Source: Escherichia coli
GTDB taxonomy: Bacteria; Pseudomonadota; Gammaproteobacteria; Enterobacterales; Enterobacteriaceae
DNA: 64,000 nucleotides
Reading direction: 5' to 3' (one strand)
NCBI GenBank assembly: GCA_009729775.1
Contig: GCA_009729775.1_4081.1
This document shows positions 1 through 9,886 of this stretch, one piece after another (the stretch's first letter is position 1; every line of letters begins with the position of its first letter). The notes beneath the pieces are model-generated. The model did not search any database. It was given only the letters and a program-made list of their open reading frames with translations, and was not told where the DNA came from. The position numbers and the translations under genes are program-made.

Positions 1-586
1 AAACATCAAACTCGGCACTTACACTAGTTACATTATCACTGACAATTTTAAAAATTGATTTGATGCGTTCATGTAGTGGCACTTTTGATTCATTTTCAAC
101 TTCAATATATGCTTGCATTGCTGCAATAGCATGATATGTTCCGCTACCTACGGCGGTGATTCGTGTTTTCGGTTGAAGAACTGAAAAATCTTCTTGAACT
201 TCATAAATTGTATGATTGTGAAGAATGATGAACTGTCCACCACCTACTTCTTGTGAAGGATCACGAGAACCCCATTCCTCTTTGAACATTTGACGAATAA
301 TAGGAATAACTTTCAGTACTAAGTACTGTGGAAACGTCTCATTTGCATCTTGCTGTGGTAGATTCAAACTGTAAGTAAGAAGTTGACCCATACGGAATGA
401 TGTGGTGTAACCAATCGCCATAATTTCTTTTGTACGGGTCAAACCAGCATCATCATTGATTTTAATGAATTCTTTCTCAAATACTTTAGGCTCAGTTTGA
501 ACGGACTTTGTGAACCCGTTACTTCCCAGTTTGTCCCCTGCAATAAAAGAAGTTACACCATCAGTGTGTGCAATGATACATGTCAT
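1..586 (-). CDS. HslV/proteasome-type Ntn-hydrolase peptidase (3' end outside window)
   Basis: Minus ORF open from ATG at 586 to window edge (absent from track, no stop in window); translation MTCIIAHTDGVTSFIAGDKLGS...AIGY...AVGSGTYHAIAAMQA resembles HslV (Thr2 nucleophile, GSG motif); GGAG 8 nt upstream. Confidence 0.6.
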   Translation of the reverse strand, partial: MTCIIAHTDGVTSFIAGDKLGSNGFTKSVQTEPKVFEKEFIKINDDAGLTRTKEIMAIGYTTSFRMGQLLTYSLNLPQQDANETFPQYLVLKVIPIIRQMFKEEWGSRDPSQEVGGGQFIILHNHTIYEVQEDFSVLQPKTRITAVGSGTYHAIAAMQAYIEVENESKVPLHERIKSIFKIVSDNVTSVSAEFDV

Positions 587-843
587 AAAATAGCTCCAAT
601 TGCAAATAAAGTTGTATATAAAATATAAATCAATGTACCTAATAACATTAGACACACCAAATATGATGTTGCCAGAACATAATAAATTATTGCTTCAAAC
701 TTTGAATTGAACTTCATTGTTGTGTTATCAATAAAGCCATTTTTGTAATCTTTGTAAATGAAAACTGTTAGGAAAAGTACAGTAATATACATCACTACTG
801 TAGCATAAAAAATAATAGATGTCAAATTTTGGATGTTTGTCAT
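583..843 (-). CDS. small hydrophobic membrane protein
   Basis: 86 aa ORF, two predicted TM helices; ATGA-type overlap with downstream gene. Confidence 0.45.
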   Translation of the reverse strand: MTNIQNLTSIIFYATVVMYITVLFLTVFIYKDYKNGFIDNTTMKFNSKFEAIIYYVLATSYLVCLMLLGTLIYILYTTLFAIGAIL

Positions 844-913
844 AGTTATATAATCTCAATATAATTAATAACAAAGGAAGTACATCATAATCATCCTGTT
901 ATTTTAATTATTT

Positions 914-1522
914 TTATTGTTTGACTGAACCGTAAAAAACCAGTTCTGGTTTTGTTAATATTACAACATCTTCACCACGCGAACGGCTAACTTTATATAG
1001 AACGTCTGGTGGAATTCCATTTGCAGAATATAGTGTAAATAGAAAACCTACTTTAGTTGCCATTTCTTCAGTAAAAGTTGATAGCTGCCTAACTGATACA
1101 AAAGAATTATCACCGTCTTTAACATTACTTTTAATAGAAATGTTATGAAGTCCCAGTACTGAGCGATTTATCATGTATCGCTTTTCAAAAGCTACACTGA
1201 AGAATACCACAGTACATGCTGAGTTGCAATACCTAGAAACAATTAAATTTATACCATTGTCTCTAACGAAGTTTGCCATTTTAATCCCAGCATCAAAATC
1301 ACCACCTGGCGATGTGATGGTAATGGTATCATAGTGTTCTTTATCATACAACTCCATCATACGCTTTAGTGACCCATCCGTAATATCTGAGATGAAATAT
1401 ACATTACGTGTTTCAGGATTGTACTTTATCACATTTTTACTTTCAACACCAGCACTGGCTGGAAAATTTATCAACATCAGAAGCATTACTGCTTGTACTA
1501 CCTCAAGCCATAGTCTTTTCAT
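914..1522 (-). CDS. ClpP/S14-like serine peptidase with N-terminal signal/TM segment
   Basis: 202 aa; hydrophobic N-terminus (AVMLLMLINFPASAG), then ITITSPGGDFDAG...NSAC...LGLHN resembling ClpP SPGG / Ser / His motifs. Confidence 0.6.
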   Translation of the reverse strand: MKRLWLEVVQAVMLLMLINFPASAGVESKNVIKYNPETRNVYFISDITDGSLKRMMELYDKEHYDTITITSPGGDFDAGIKMANFVRDNGINLIVSRYCNSACTVVFFSVAFEKRYMINRSVLGLHNISIKSNVKDGDNSFVSVRQLSTFTEEMATKVGFLFTLYSANGIPPDVLYKVSRSRGEDVVILTKPELVFYGSVKQ

Positions 1523-1555
1523 AACAAATCCTTAATTTTGGTTAGGAAGATATAA

Positions 1556-1584
1556 ATAATATAGTACTTAAACACTTAAGTCAA
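1556..1584 (-). promoter_or_regulatory. sigma70-like promoter (TTGACT-17-TATTAT) upstream of 914..1522
   Basis: Reverse complement reads TTGACTtaagtgtttaagtactaTATTAT, then AAGGAT RBS before the ATG at 1522. Confidence 0.35.
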
Positions 1585-1831
1585 ACTTTTTCTGTACTTA
1601 ACTCAAATTTCCCTCATCTGATAATCCCCTTAGTACAATCACTGTGAAGATTCTATCACAAACCCATACCAAATGTAAAGCTTTTTTATAAGGAGTGCCC
1701 TTAATGGGGGAACCAATCGCAGGACAAGACCAATTTCCATTCACTTTAGGTGGATATTTAGTTGACGGTGTAAATATAAAAGGTACAACAATCTGTAAAA
1801 GTAGTTGTTTATTAATAAGAGGAAATAAAAT

Positions 1832-2209
1832 ATGAAAGCTATAGCAGCACAAGGTAAATTACCATTCAATATCGGCGGCTTTTGTGTAACCGCCGCTAAT
1901 ATAAACGGTGAATTGAAATATAACTTGAACATCTTTAATCAACGTTCTAGTTGTGTTTACGATCTTATCGACACTGATTTTAATGTTTATCGTTTTGTAA
2001 CTATAACAAGTTTTGATAAAGATAAAATCAGATTAGATGCAACTAAAACTGCACTAGAGATTGCACCAACTTTAGCAAAAAATACTTTTTGTATTAAGAT
2101 TGATGATAGTGCATTTGCCGAATCATTCCAGTTTCATAAAATTAAATTGAGTACTGGAGAAATGAAATATCACCCTTGGGATTTGTATTATTGTAACATC
2201 CCTGGTTAA
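1832..2209 (+). CDS. hypothetical protein (only convincing plus-strand gene)
   Basis: 125 aa ORF; GAGGA RBS 7 nt upstream of ATG; followed by hairpin terminator. Confidence 0.55.
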   Translation: MKAIAAQGKLPFNIGGFCVTAANINGELKYNLNIFNQRSSCVYDLIDTDFNVYRFVTITSFDKDKIRLDATKTALEIAPTLAKNTFCIKIDDSAFAESFQFHKIKLSTGEMKYHPWDLYYCNIPG

Positions 2210-2210
2210 C

Positions 2211-2240
2211 AAAAAAGGAGCCTTCTGGCTCCTTTTTTTA
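2211..2240. terminator. bidirectional rho-independent terminator between convergent genes
   Basis: A6-GGAGCC-ttct-GGCTCC-T7; usable on both strands. Confidence 0.7.
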
Positions 2241-2492
2241 TTCTACAGTATTAAGCTTCTGACAAATCATGTCAGCTTCTACTCGGTCTTTATAATAAAT
2301 GGTAAATCCAAATCTACTTGTTACCCTTTTCTCACTACGGTGTATACAGTTTACAATATAGTACTTATTATTTTGTGCAGAAAAACGCACTTCATAGTTT
2401 CGTTGAGAAATGTCATTATCATCAATAACAAACATTACTGTTATAAAAAATAATACTAATATTGATAGTAATCCAACAATCATAAATGTCAT
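2238..2492 (-). CDS. small membrane protein
   Basis: 84 aa, N-terminal TM helix (MIVGLLSILVLFFITVMFVI). Confidence 0.45.
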   Translation of the reverse strand: MTFMIVGLLSILVLFFITVMFVIDDNDISQRNYEVRFSAQNNKYYIVNCIHRSEKRVTSRFGFTIYYKDRVEADMICQKLNTVE

Positions 2493-2980
2493 TGATTCAT
2501 ACCCTTGTCATAAATGCAGTTAACAATAATCCCAGCATCTTCCAGTACTTTAATCGCTTCAGGTGGTGTTCGTGGATAACTTTTGTGATAAATTACACGG
2601 GTAATCCCACTACCTGCGATTAACTTAGAACAAGTATAGCATGGTTGTAGAGTTGTGTAAAGAGTTGCTCCTTGGCGTTCAGTAGGAGAACTATACAGTA
2701 AAGCGTTCATCTCTGCATGGATCTCATGAATATTACTCCACTCATGATGTTCATGTTTTGCTGCATCATCAACCCAGTCTTGAAAACGACCATCGTTCAC
2801 TAAATGTTGATTTACATCACAACAGTTTGGCTGCTTAGATGGCGTTCCATTGTATCCAGTACTCAATACTCTATTATTTTTAACAATAACACAACCAACT
2901 TTTTGTGAAATACATTTACTTTCCTCAGCAACTACTTCTGCTATCTTCAACCAAGTCGTATGTTTCATTATAAGCTCCAA
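2489..2980 (-). CDS. cd: deoxycytidylate (dCMP) deaminase
   Basis: 163 aa; HAEMNAL and PCYTCSKLI zinc-binding motifs typical of dCMP/cytidine deaminase fold; T4 cd-like. Confidence 0.85.
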   Translation of the reverse strand: MELIMKHTTWLKIAEVVAEESKCISQKVGCVIVKNNRVLSTGYNGTPSKQPNCCDVNQHLVNDGRFQDWVDDAAKHEHHEWSNIHEIHAEMNALLYSSPTERQGATLYTTLQPCYTCSKLIAGSGITRVIYHKSYPRTPPEAIKVLEDAGIIVNCIYDKGMNQ

Positions 2981-3449
2981 TACTTAACAATGCGTTTTTA
3001 CACAAATCATGAATTTTCATAACTCGAATATAGTTTAACACATCTGTTTCATTAATTTCAAATGGTTTATCTGCATATGTAGACCATGTTTGATTTAATT
3101 CAATCACAAATGTAATTTTGTCTGTATCCATAATATTATCACAAAATCTACGAAAATCTTGCTCTTCATCGGAAAGTCTGAAATTTAAATCATTTTTTAA
3201 ACCATTAACAGTGAAGCAAATACCAGTACTGTAACCGATGCAAATATCTTCAATATCATATAATCCATAAATTAATTTAGAGATAAAAGTGCTATATTTG
3301 TTTCTATGATAATAGTTTAATATTTCTTGTTTAATATTAATTTCAATATCAGTAGTTTTTTGTAATGTAAGTTTAATTAATTCTAATGTCTTGATTATGT
3401 TATCTAACCAGATATTAGTATCATCTATACTTAGGTGTGTGTATTTCAT
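2925..3449 (-). CDS. hypothetical protein
   Basis: 174 aa ORF; true start may be internal (overlaps upstream gene end). Confidence 0.45.
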   Translation of the reverse strand: MKYTHLSIDDTNIWLDNIIKTLELIKLTLQKTTDIEINIKQEILNYYHRNKYSTFISKLIYGLYDIEDICIGYSTGICFTVNGLKNDLNFRLSDEEQDFRRFCDNIMDTDKITFVIELNQTWSTYADKPFEINETDVLNYIRVMKIHDLCKNALLSIGAYNETYDLVEDSRSSC

Positions 3450-3975
3450 TATGTCCCTCTAGATTCCAATCATCAACGAGTTTAGAACAAACTTCCATAT
3501 GATTATAGTACTTTTCATTCAATACATAAGGTTTATTATGATATTGACGTACATCAGTGAATATATCATAATTTCTATATATGAATGACATATTTTTGTG
3601 CATGAATTCTATAGTTTTCCAAATCTTTTCTATATCATATAAAATTGTTTTTAATGATAAACCTGTAAGCTTTGAAATTCTTTCAACTTTAAAACCGGAT
3701 AATATCATAGTATTATTGTGTTTAGTCAAATAACTATATCCAATTGAACTATGTATCATTTCTACACTATCAACTTGTGTTATTGTTTTTAAAAATGACT
3801 TTAAATTTCTATTAAACCAATACCACTTTTTGTTTTTATTATAACATGAATACCATTTCTTCAATATATCAATTGCTTCAGAATTAATTTTCAAAGCAAA
3901 CTCATCAATTAAAAACATATGATGATAAAAAATATCACTTTGTTCTTCAGTTAAATTATATTGCTGCATATTCAC
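3421..3975 (-). CDS. hypothetical protein
   Basis: 184 aa ORF. Confidence 0.5.
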   Translation of the reverse strand: MNMQQYNLTEEQSDIFYHHMFLIDEFALKINSEAIDILKKWYSCYNKNKKWYWFNRNLKSFLKTITQVDSVEMIHSSIGYSYLTKHNNTMILSGFKVERISKLTGLSLKTILYDIEKIWKTIEFMHKNMSFIYRNYDIFTDVRQYHNKPYVLNEKYYNHMEVCSKLVDDWNLEGHNEIHTPKYR

Positions 3976-4054
3976 CTACCCTAGTAACAATGATTCCTTG
4001 GGTATTTAGCTTATATAGATCATTTTTTGATCGATGAAAATTGATATACAGCAA

Positions 4055-4086
4055 TAAAAAGAGGAATCCAGTACTGGATTCCTATT
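4055..4086 (-). terminator. rho-independent terminator
   Basis: Perfect palindrome AGGAATCCAGTACTGGATTCCT followed on minus strand by CTTTTTATT. Confidence 0.65.
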
Positions 4087-4093
4087 TGTAATA

Positions 4094-4540
4094 TTATTTT
4101 TGATATGGGGTGTACTGATATTTTTCACAATCAGAAACAGTTAGGACACCTTCGTCATAACCATATTGAAGAACGAGGTCGAAAGCTTTATCAACCATAG
4201 CCACAACATCTTTATAACGAACAATTTTATGCGATTGATTCTCAACAGCTTTCATAATACCCATTAGTAGCCAACGTCCTTCATCTGTATGAAGTTTAGC
4301 AAAACGAGGTCGTTTAGTAGCTGCCATAATATCAGTCCATTCAGCTTTAAAAATGTGTGGACGTTTTGGAATATCATATAGTGTAGTAGGGAAAGTTACA
4401 TTATTTTTCTTCATTGCTTCTGCTTGGGCTGCACGATAACCCTGACGATATAATGGATGCTGCATTTTTAGTTGTTCAGCACTTAGAACTACTTTTGCTT
4501 TGTATGCGTCATAACCATCTTTATATTGTGCATTAGACAT
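4094..4540 (-). CDS. hypothetical protein
   Basis: 148 aa ORF. Confidence 0.5.
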   Translation of the reverse strand: MSNAQYKDGYDAYKAKVVLSAEQLKMQHPLYRQGYRAAQAEAMKKNNVTFPTTLYDIPKRPHIFKAEWTDIMAATKRPRFAKLHTDEGRWLLMGIMKAVENQSHKIVRYKDVVAMVDKAFDLVLQYGYDEGVLTVSDCEKYQYTPYQK

Positions 4541-4541
4541 A

Positions 4542-4859
4542 TTATTCTTTTACCTCATCAGTTTGAATGTATTTTTTATCAGAGAATGTACCGTGTTCTT
4601 TACGCATAGCTTCTGCATGTTGAACCGCATCAACTGGATTAATGTTCTTTTTAATTAGTACTTCTTTCATTAATTCAAGTACAATTGCAAAACCATTCAG
4701 TACACGCTCAGATTCATCCACGTTTTTTAATTCAAGTGCTACTGCACTAATTTGATCGAACGCAACATTAATAAAATCGGAATCTTCTAATACATTTGCA
4801 ACTTCAGTATTATTACGCACTAGTACTTTCATATAATCTCCACAAAGATGATGCCCCAT
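4542..4859 (-). CDS. hypothetical protein
   Basis: 105 aa ORF; start may be internal Met (MKVLVRNN) with GGAG RBS. Confidence 0.5.
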   Translation of the reverse strand: MGHHLCGDYMKVLVRNNTEVANVLEDSDFINVAFDQISAVALELKNVDESERVLNGFAIVLELMKEVLIKKNINPVDAVQHAEAMRKEHGTFSDKKYIQTDEVKE

Positions 4860-4880
4860 ATTGAGGCATCAAAAACCATC

Positions 4881-5576
4881 TTACACCCACTCTTCCACGC
4901 CACCGCGACGCTTAACTAAGTACTTACCTTCTTCATTGCGTGGCCCAAGAATAATACCATCGATGAAACCATGTTCACCATATTCAAGAGCTTCTTCTGC
5001 ATTTAGCCACAAATCACGGTCTGCATCTTTAAGTAGTTGTTCGTGTGTTACACCAACTGCTTCTGCAATTTCTTTAGTCAATAGAGTGTTTAGGGCATCA
5101 GAATGTTTAAGTGAAATCTTCTGGTCAGTAATTAGACCTTGTGTACCAGAACTTACTTGGTGACACATGAAATAAGAACGCTTACCACCTAAACGGAAAC
5201 CTTTAGTGCCAATTACAGATTGTGTATAGCAACCCATTGATGCTGCATAGCCCATTACTACTGTGCGAATTGGCGAAATACAAGACTTGGCAACATCTGC
5301 AATACCCAAACCTGCGTGTACTGAACCACCAGGAGAACTAATGTAAAATGTAATAGGGGAATCACCTTGTGAATCTAGCCAAACCAATTGTTGTTTGATG
5401 ATATGTGCCATTTGATCATTAAAGTCAGTATCAAGGAAAATGATACGGTCTTGCATCATTCGAGATGCTAGATCATATGTACGCTCTGACCCATTAACTT
5501 TTTCAACTACATAAGGAATAGAAATGTTACGTACTTCACCACCAGCATAACCACCAAAATTGAATTGTTCAACCAT
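4881..5576 (-). CDS. clpP: ATP-dependent Clp protease proteolytic subunit ClpP
   Basis: 231 aa; IPYVVE..ERTYDL..SRMMQDRIIFL..YISSPGGSV.AGL..AASMG..MCHQ motifs match ClpP; AGAGGA RBS. Confidence 0.85.
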   Translation of the reverse strand: MVEQFNFGGYAGGEVRNISIPYVVEKVNGSERTYDLASRMMQDRIIFLDTDFNDQMAHIIKQQLVWLDSQGDSPITFYISSPGGSVHAGLGIADVAKSCISPIRTVVMGYAASMGCYTQSVIGTKGFRLGGKRSYFMCHQVSSGTQGLITDQKISLKHSDALNTLLTKEIAEAVGVTHEQLLKDADRDLWLNAEEALEYGEHGFIDGIILGPRNEEGKYLVKRRGGVEEWV

Positions 5577-5610
5577 TATTAATTTCCTCTATTGTTTCAA
5601 TGTTGTGAGT

Positions 5611-5639
5611 ATTATATCACTAAGATTTAAAATGTCCAA
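5611..5639 (-). promoter_or_regulatory. sigma70-like promoter (TTGGAC-17-TATAAT) upstream of clpP
   Basis: Reverse complement reads TTGGACattttaaatcttagtgaTATAAT about 35 nt before the clpP ATG. Confidence 0.4.
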
Positions 5640-5640
5640 A

Positions 5641-6081
5641 CTATTTTACTGGAATATTTGAAAAGAAATCAGTCATCCAATACGCCGTCTCTTTGTTGAA
5701 TAATACTGGATCAAACTTAAGTAACTCAACATGACTTGTATCATACACGCTTGTATCGGTAATGTCAAACAAAGTTTTAGTACTGAATAGTGGATTACTC
5801 ACTAGAAAGTAGTAATCAGCAGTAGTGCTAATGTCATCATAAAACACACCGTCATACCATCCATCATCATATACATAAACAGAATCGTCATGAAGATAGT
5901 AAACTTCTATATGTAAACTCAAGTTCTTCATGGTTTCAATCATTTTTGCCGTATGAGGATTTAACTTATTGACATTTTCAAACACATAAGAGTGTTTTTT
6001 ATTCATATCAACAAATGAAAATATTCGTACTGAACGTATATTCATATTACTCCAAATAAACAAGTGAATTAATGAAATCAT
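5641..6081 (-). CDS. hypothetical protein
   Basis: 146 aa ORF. Confidence 0.5.
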   Translation of the reverse strand: MISLIHLFIWSNMNIRSVRIFSFVDMNKKHSYVFENVNKLNPHTAKMIETMKNLSLHIEVYYLHDDSVYVYDDGWYDGVFYDDISTTADYYFLVSNPLFSTKTLFDITDTSVYDTSHVELLKFDPVLFNKETAYWMTDFFSNIPVK

Positions 6082-6430
6082 ATTTCAATTTATCATCAAC
6101 ATAATTCAAATCAACTTTAATCATCGGAGCATGGGAACGTATAGACAGTGTTTCCATAAAGTACTGATTAAGTTTGTATGTATGGAAAAGATGAATATCT
6201 CGTTTCAACACCACCATTACTTCCCCGAACAGATCACAGAGTTCAACTTCAGTGTTAGTAGGGTCAAACCCATAACGATTCTTTAATGTACGTGGTTCTT
6301 TATTTCGATAATAATGCACAGCTTTATTACTATTCACTAACAAGTGATGATATGCATTACTATAAACTGAGCAAATAACTCGGCTTGGATAATTGGTATA
6401 TTCTGGTAGTTCAAAATAAATTAATGACAC
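6047..6430 (-). CDS. hypothetical protein
   Basis: 127 aa ORF. Confidence 0.5.
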   Translation of the reverse strand: MSLIYFELPEYTNYPSRVICSVYSNAYHHLLVNSNKAVHYYRNKEPRTLKNRYGFDPTNTEVELCDLFGEVMVVLKRDIHLFHTYKLNQYFMETLSIRSHAPMIKVDLNYVDDKLKYDFINSLVYLE

Positions 6431-6442
6431 AATATCCTCTCA

Positions 6443-7234
6443 TTAAATTTCAAATACAAATTTAGGATTGTAATCAAAATTCTCACAAGCTCCACTGTAT
6501 GATTCATAGCCTCGTGGATTACAAATGATACGTGTCTTACCAATGTGGTAGTCAAAGCTACTATGAACATGACCATGAATCCAAACATCAGCACCCAAAT
6601 CTTCAATGTACTGATCCATATCGGAACAGTAACAACCATTCAGTGAATCATTTTTATATTTTGGTGAAACACTTTGATAACTTGGTGCGTGATGGGTAAC
6701 CACGATGACCTTGAAATCATTATCATGCATAAAGCGAACTGTGTCAATAGAATTTTTGATAAATTGTTTATCTTTGTGATGCATAAACTCAGTATCATCT
6801 GGTGTCAGTTTCTTACGCCAAGGCTCTGATGTTGTTCCATGACGGATATGTTTGTAATCGTTCATCTTCAGACGAGCATCAAACTTCGTTAAAGAATTAC
6901 CTTTATCGAAGTCTGTCCACAGAGTACTACCAACAAGCAGTACTCCATCCAGCCATACAAATTTGTTTTGCAAAAAGATGAAATTTGGAATCTCATCTTG
7001 CATATCAGACAGTACTTTATGCGTTTTGTGGATATTGGAACCATAGTATTCGTGATTACCGGGAACCAGTACTACATTCTTAAACTGCTTACATAGTGAT
7101 TCGATGCCAGTACGGTAACGACTGCGTTTAACTTCATCGAAGTCCCCAGCAATAATCAGTACTACATCACTGTAATCACCGCTATGGAGGTAATCAGTTC
7201 CACCGTGTACGTCAGATGTTACAACAAATTTCAT
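6443..7234 (-). CDS. calcineurin-like metallophosphoesterase
   Basis: MKFVVTSDVHGG..GDFDE..GNHEY..HGHVH motifs; start trimmed to MKFVV. Confidence 0.75.
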   Translation of the reverse strand: MKFVVTSDVHGGTDYLHSGDYSDVVLIIAGDFDEVKRSRYRTGIESLCKQFKNVVLVPGNHEYYGSNIHKTHKVLSDMQDEIPNFIFLQNKFVWLDGVLLVGSTLWTDFDKGNSLTKFDARLKMNDYKHIRHGTTSEPWRKKLTPDDTEFMHHKDKQFIKNSIDTVRFMHDNDFKVIVVTHHAPSYQSVSPKYKNDSLNGCYCSDMDQYIEDLGADVWIHGHVHSSFDYHIGKTRIICNPRGYESYSGACENFDYNPKFVFEI

Positions 7235-7253
7235 AATTACCCCCAATAAATGG

Positions 7254-8672
7254 TTAACCTAATGCGTCAATAATACTGTTTGAGAATACTTCAACTGCAC
7301 TCTCACGAATTTCTAAGATACGAGTATAATCATCACAAGTGTTTTTGTCAAATCTAAATTCAATAAACACTGGTAAGAACAGTGATGGCTCACCAGTACG
7401 CTTGTCGAATACAATGTCATTACACTCAACTGTAACCACTTTACCAATAAGTTCTTGCATTCTTTCCCAAATGGTTTTAAATGTCCATTCAGCATCTTTC
7501 TCTTTGATACCAGTACCCACATTAACTTTCAATGAACCACAAGCACTTTCCAGTTGTAAAGAACCTAGGCTTCCTTTACGTTTACCTTCACCTTCATTGA
7601 AACCAACAATACGTAAGTCCAGTTGCATTTTCAATTTCATTTTCAACTGCTTCGGAGAAGTGTGAGATTTCCAGATGCCATCTTCACATTTCAGTACTGA
7701 ACCCTCTTCACCTTCGTTCATTAGTTCACTATTGTACTCAAATGCTTCTTTGATGTTTAGAACTTTACGGAATCCAACCATACGAACAAAATCACTATTG
7801 AGTTCGTTAATTGCATCTACTAAGATCTCGCGACGTTCTTTACGTTTTACATCCCATACGCCTTCACAAAATGCATCATATGGAACAACATCCCATAGAA
7901 CGAATACAGTACGCATTGCTTCATTCTGACTGATGCTATCTTTTCCAGCTTTCTGAATTATACCGTTGCCAGTAGTGCGTGGGAGAATTGTTTCCCCATC
8001 ATTGTCCAGTACTACACCTTCACCCATAAAGACTACACCACTACTAAAACGTTCATCTTTACTTTGGATGATGTGAGCAAGACCTGCCATCTCACCATCT
8101 CGACAACCCAGGAAGTCGTATAGTTTACCATTACGGGATGTAGAAGTTAATGAACCATTAATGACAACGTGGTTCAAGTACTGACCATCCATTTTCACTT
8201 CTGATATAGCATAACCATAATCTTTGAAGTTAATGTTCTTTGCAGTCTTTTTGTCAATCAAAGAACAACGCATATATGGTTCGTCTTTGATGAATCCTTT
8301 ACCAAACACATCATTGCAGTTTTTCTCCTGAATACCACAATCAAGGTTCTTCGTGAGCATTTTACGAAGAACTTCCTGGTCATCTTCTGATACAGAACCC
8401 AGTACTGAAGCAATGAAATCACGCCCAGCATTTCCTGTCACGCCACGCTTGTAAATGCATTCTAGCTTATCAATTGCTTCATCTAACGTCATATGTTGAT
8501 ATACGTCATCAGCGTCAGGGAGCTTCTTATAGCCACTTACGATAGAAGGGTCTAGAGTATATTTCAGTACTTTTTGTAAAGTTACATTATCTTTATTTTG
8601 TTCAAGAATAGCTTTTTTGCCTAGTGTACTGCTAGTATTTTTAATGCTTTCAAGAATTGCTAAAATGCTCAT
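7254..8672 (-). CDS. ATP-dependent DNA ligase (T4 gp30-like)
   Basis: 472 aa; N-terminus GKKAILEQNKDN resembles T4 ligase; adenylation motif SEVKMDGQ (KxDG); length and layout match T4 DNA ligase. Confidence 0.85.
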   Translation of the reverse strand: MSILAILESIKNTSSTLGKKAILEQNKDNVTLQKVLKYTLDPSIVSGYKKLPDADDVYQHMTLDEAIDKLECIYKRGVTGNAGRDFIASVLGSVSEDDQEVLRKMLTKNLDCGIQEKNCNDVFGKGFIKDEPYMRCSLIDKKTAKNINFKDYGYAISEVKMDGQYLNHVVINGSLTSTSRNGKLYDFLGCRDGEMAGLAHIIQSKDERFSSGVVFMGEGVVLDNDGETILPRTTGNGIIQKAGKDSISQNEAMRTVFVLWDVVPYDAFCEGVWDVKRKERREILVDAINELNSDFVRMVGFRKVLNIKEAFEYNSELMNEGEEGSVLKCEDGIWKSHTSPKQLKMKLKMQLDLRIVGFNEGEGKRKGSLGSLQLESACGSLKVNVGTGIKEKDAEWTFKTIWERMQELIGKVVTVECNDIVFDKRTGEPSLFLPVFIEFRFDKNTCDDYTRILEIRESAVEVFSNSIIDALG

Positions 8673-8683
8673 TGTATATTCCT

Positions 8684-9886
8684 TTATAGATAATACTTTC
8701 CAATATAAAGTGGATTACTAATTGATAGTTGAACGTGACATGGTTTGTCTTGGTAGTAACGAGTGCTTGATGTTTTGCGTTCATTTGGTGGGAAGAATGG
8801 GGAACGATAGCCATTCCATGTACTAAATGATGAGTGTTCATTAATATCAACATCCATTACCATAATCCCATTATCATCAATTTGAACCGGATATGCACTA
8901 AAGCGTTCAAATTTATCATTATAATGGATATTATAATCTCCACTACGCCCATAATAACTACGCGTTGTATTATTACTTACACCAAAAAATACGCGATATG
9001 TTTGTTCATTATCTTTAGTCATAAATGGTACGTTCTCATTGAAACGTCCATTATTCATAAGATCATCAACATTTATTTCTTCGTATTTAATTTTAAGGTC
9101 TTTTGCTTTAAATGATTTATTGTGTACCAGTACTGGAATGTTAGATTCACCTAATGGGTTATGTCTGTTTGTTCTATAGCTTTGCCAAAATTCATTAGCA
9201 AGTTTAATTTCTTCATCTGCCGTAGTCTTCTTATTCAAGAGTGCACGAGGTTCCAGATTGTAATTATCCAAACGTTGATTCAATGCATAAGTTCCACGAG
9301 TACTGTTAAAAAGTAAATGATAAACTGAACTCTTATCGGGATATGCAAATTCCTTAGTTTTCTTTATACAAATTGCATGTACTTTACCGCAGTAATAGTA
9401 ATCTTCTTTAAGATAAGTGAAACCATCACCAACTTTAAGACCTGCTACAGTTTCTTTTTGTTGTTCTTTTTTATTTTCTTTTTCAACTAACTTAGCAAAC
9501 GTTTTTGTTTTACCATTAATTAATTCTAAGTTATTGTTGAAAAACATTGGGTCTACAAAAACACCTTTGATTATATCGTTATTGATAATTAAATCATTCA
9601 TGTTTTTTGCACTAATCATAAATTCAAATCCTTCTGGGTGACGGATTGTGAAATATGTTTCTCGTGCATGAGTTGTTAATTTATCAACTACACAAAATCC
9701 CGTAGTTGGAACGTTGTCAATATATAACGATGGAAGATTGTTCTTCTTTGCCCAGTACTCTGCTCTCTCTTTCTTTGTTTCAAACGCTTTTGTATGTGAT
9801 TTTGTTGCATCGATAATAAAACCATCAACTTGGTTGTGGTTTACATAGGAACGTGCAACAAATAACTTCTCTGGAAAATCCATCAA
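8684..9886 (-). CDS. hypothetical protein
   Basis: 400 aa ORF, no motif recognised. Confidence 0.55.
   Translation of the reverse strand: MMDFPEKLFVARSYVNHNQVDGFIIDATKSHTKAFETKKERAEYWAKKNNLPSLYIDNVPTTGFCVVDKLTTHARETYFTIRHPEGFEFMISAKNMNDLIINNDIIKGVFVDPMFFNNNLELINGKTKTFAKLVEKENKKEQQKETVAGLKVGDGFTYLKEDYYYCGKVHAICIKKTKEFAYPDKSSVYHLLFNSTRGTYALNQRLDNYNLEPRALLNKKTTADEEIKLANEFWQSYRTNRHNPLGESNIPVLVHNKSFKAKDLKIKYEEINVDDLMNNGRFNENVPFMTKDNEQTYRVFFGVSNNTTRSYYGRSGDYNIHYNDKFERFSAYPVQIDDNGIMVMDVDINEHSSFSTWNGYRSPFFPPNERKTSSTRYYQDKPCHVQLSISNPLYIGKYYL

Noticed and set aside
1598-1932. ORFs 1598..1852 and 1741..1932 on the minus strand
   Set aside because: They overlap each other and the start of the plus-strand gene 1832..2209 within a divergent promoter region and have Cys/Pro-rich odd composition; likely spurious.
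4848-4868. Hairpin GATGCC-ccatattga-GGCATC as a terminator
   Set aside because: No U-tract 3' of the stem on either strand; more likely an mRNA structure or processing site near the RBS of 4542..4859.
4861-5163. Plus-strand ORFs overlapping minus-strand genes (e.g. 4861..5163, 7339..7665, 7675..7929, 12536..12829, 15038..15391, 32402..33358)
   Set aside because: They lie antisense within well-supported minus-strand genes such as clpP, ligase and pseT, have odd composition (Ser/Pro/Phe-rich) and no RBS; treated as shadow ORFs.
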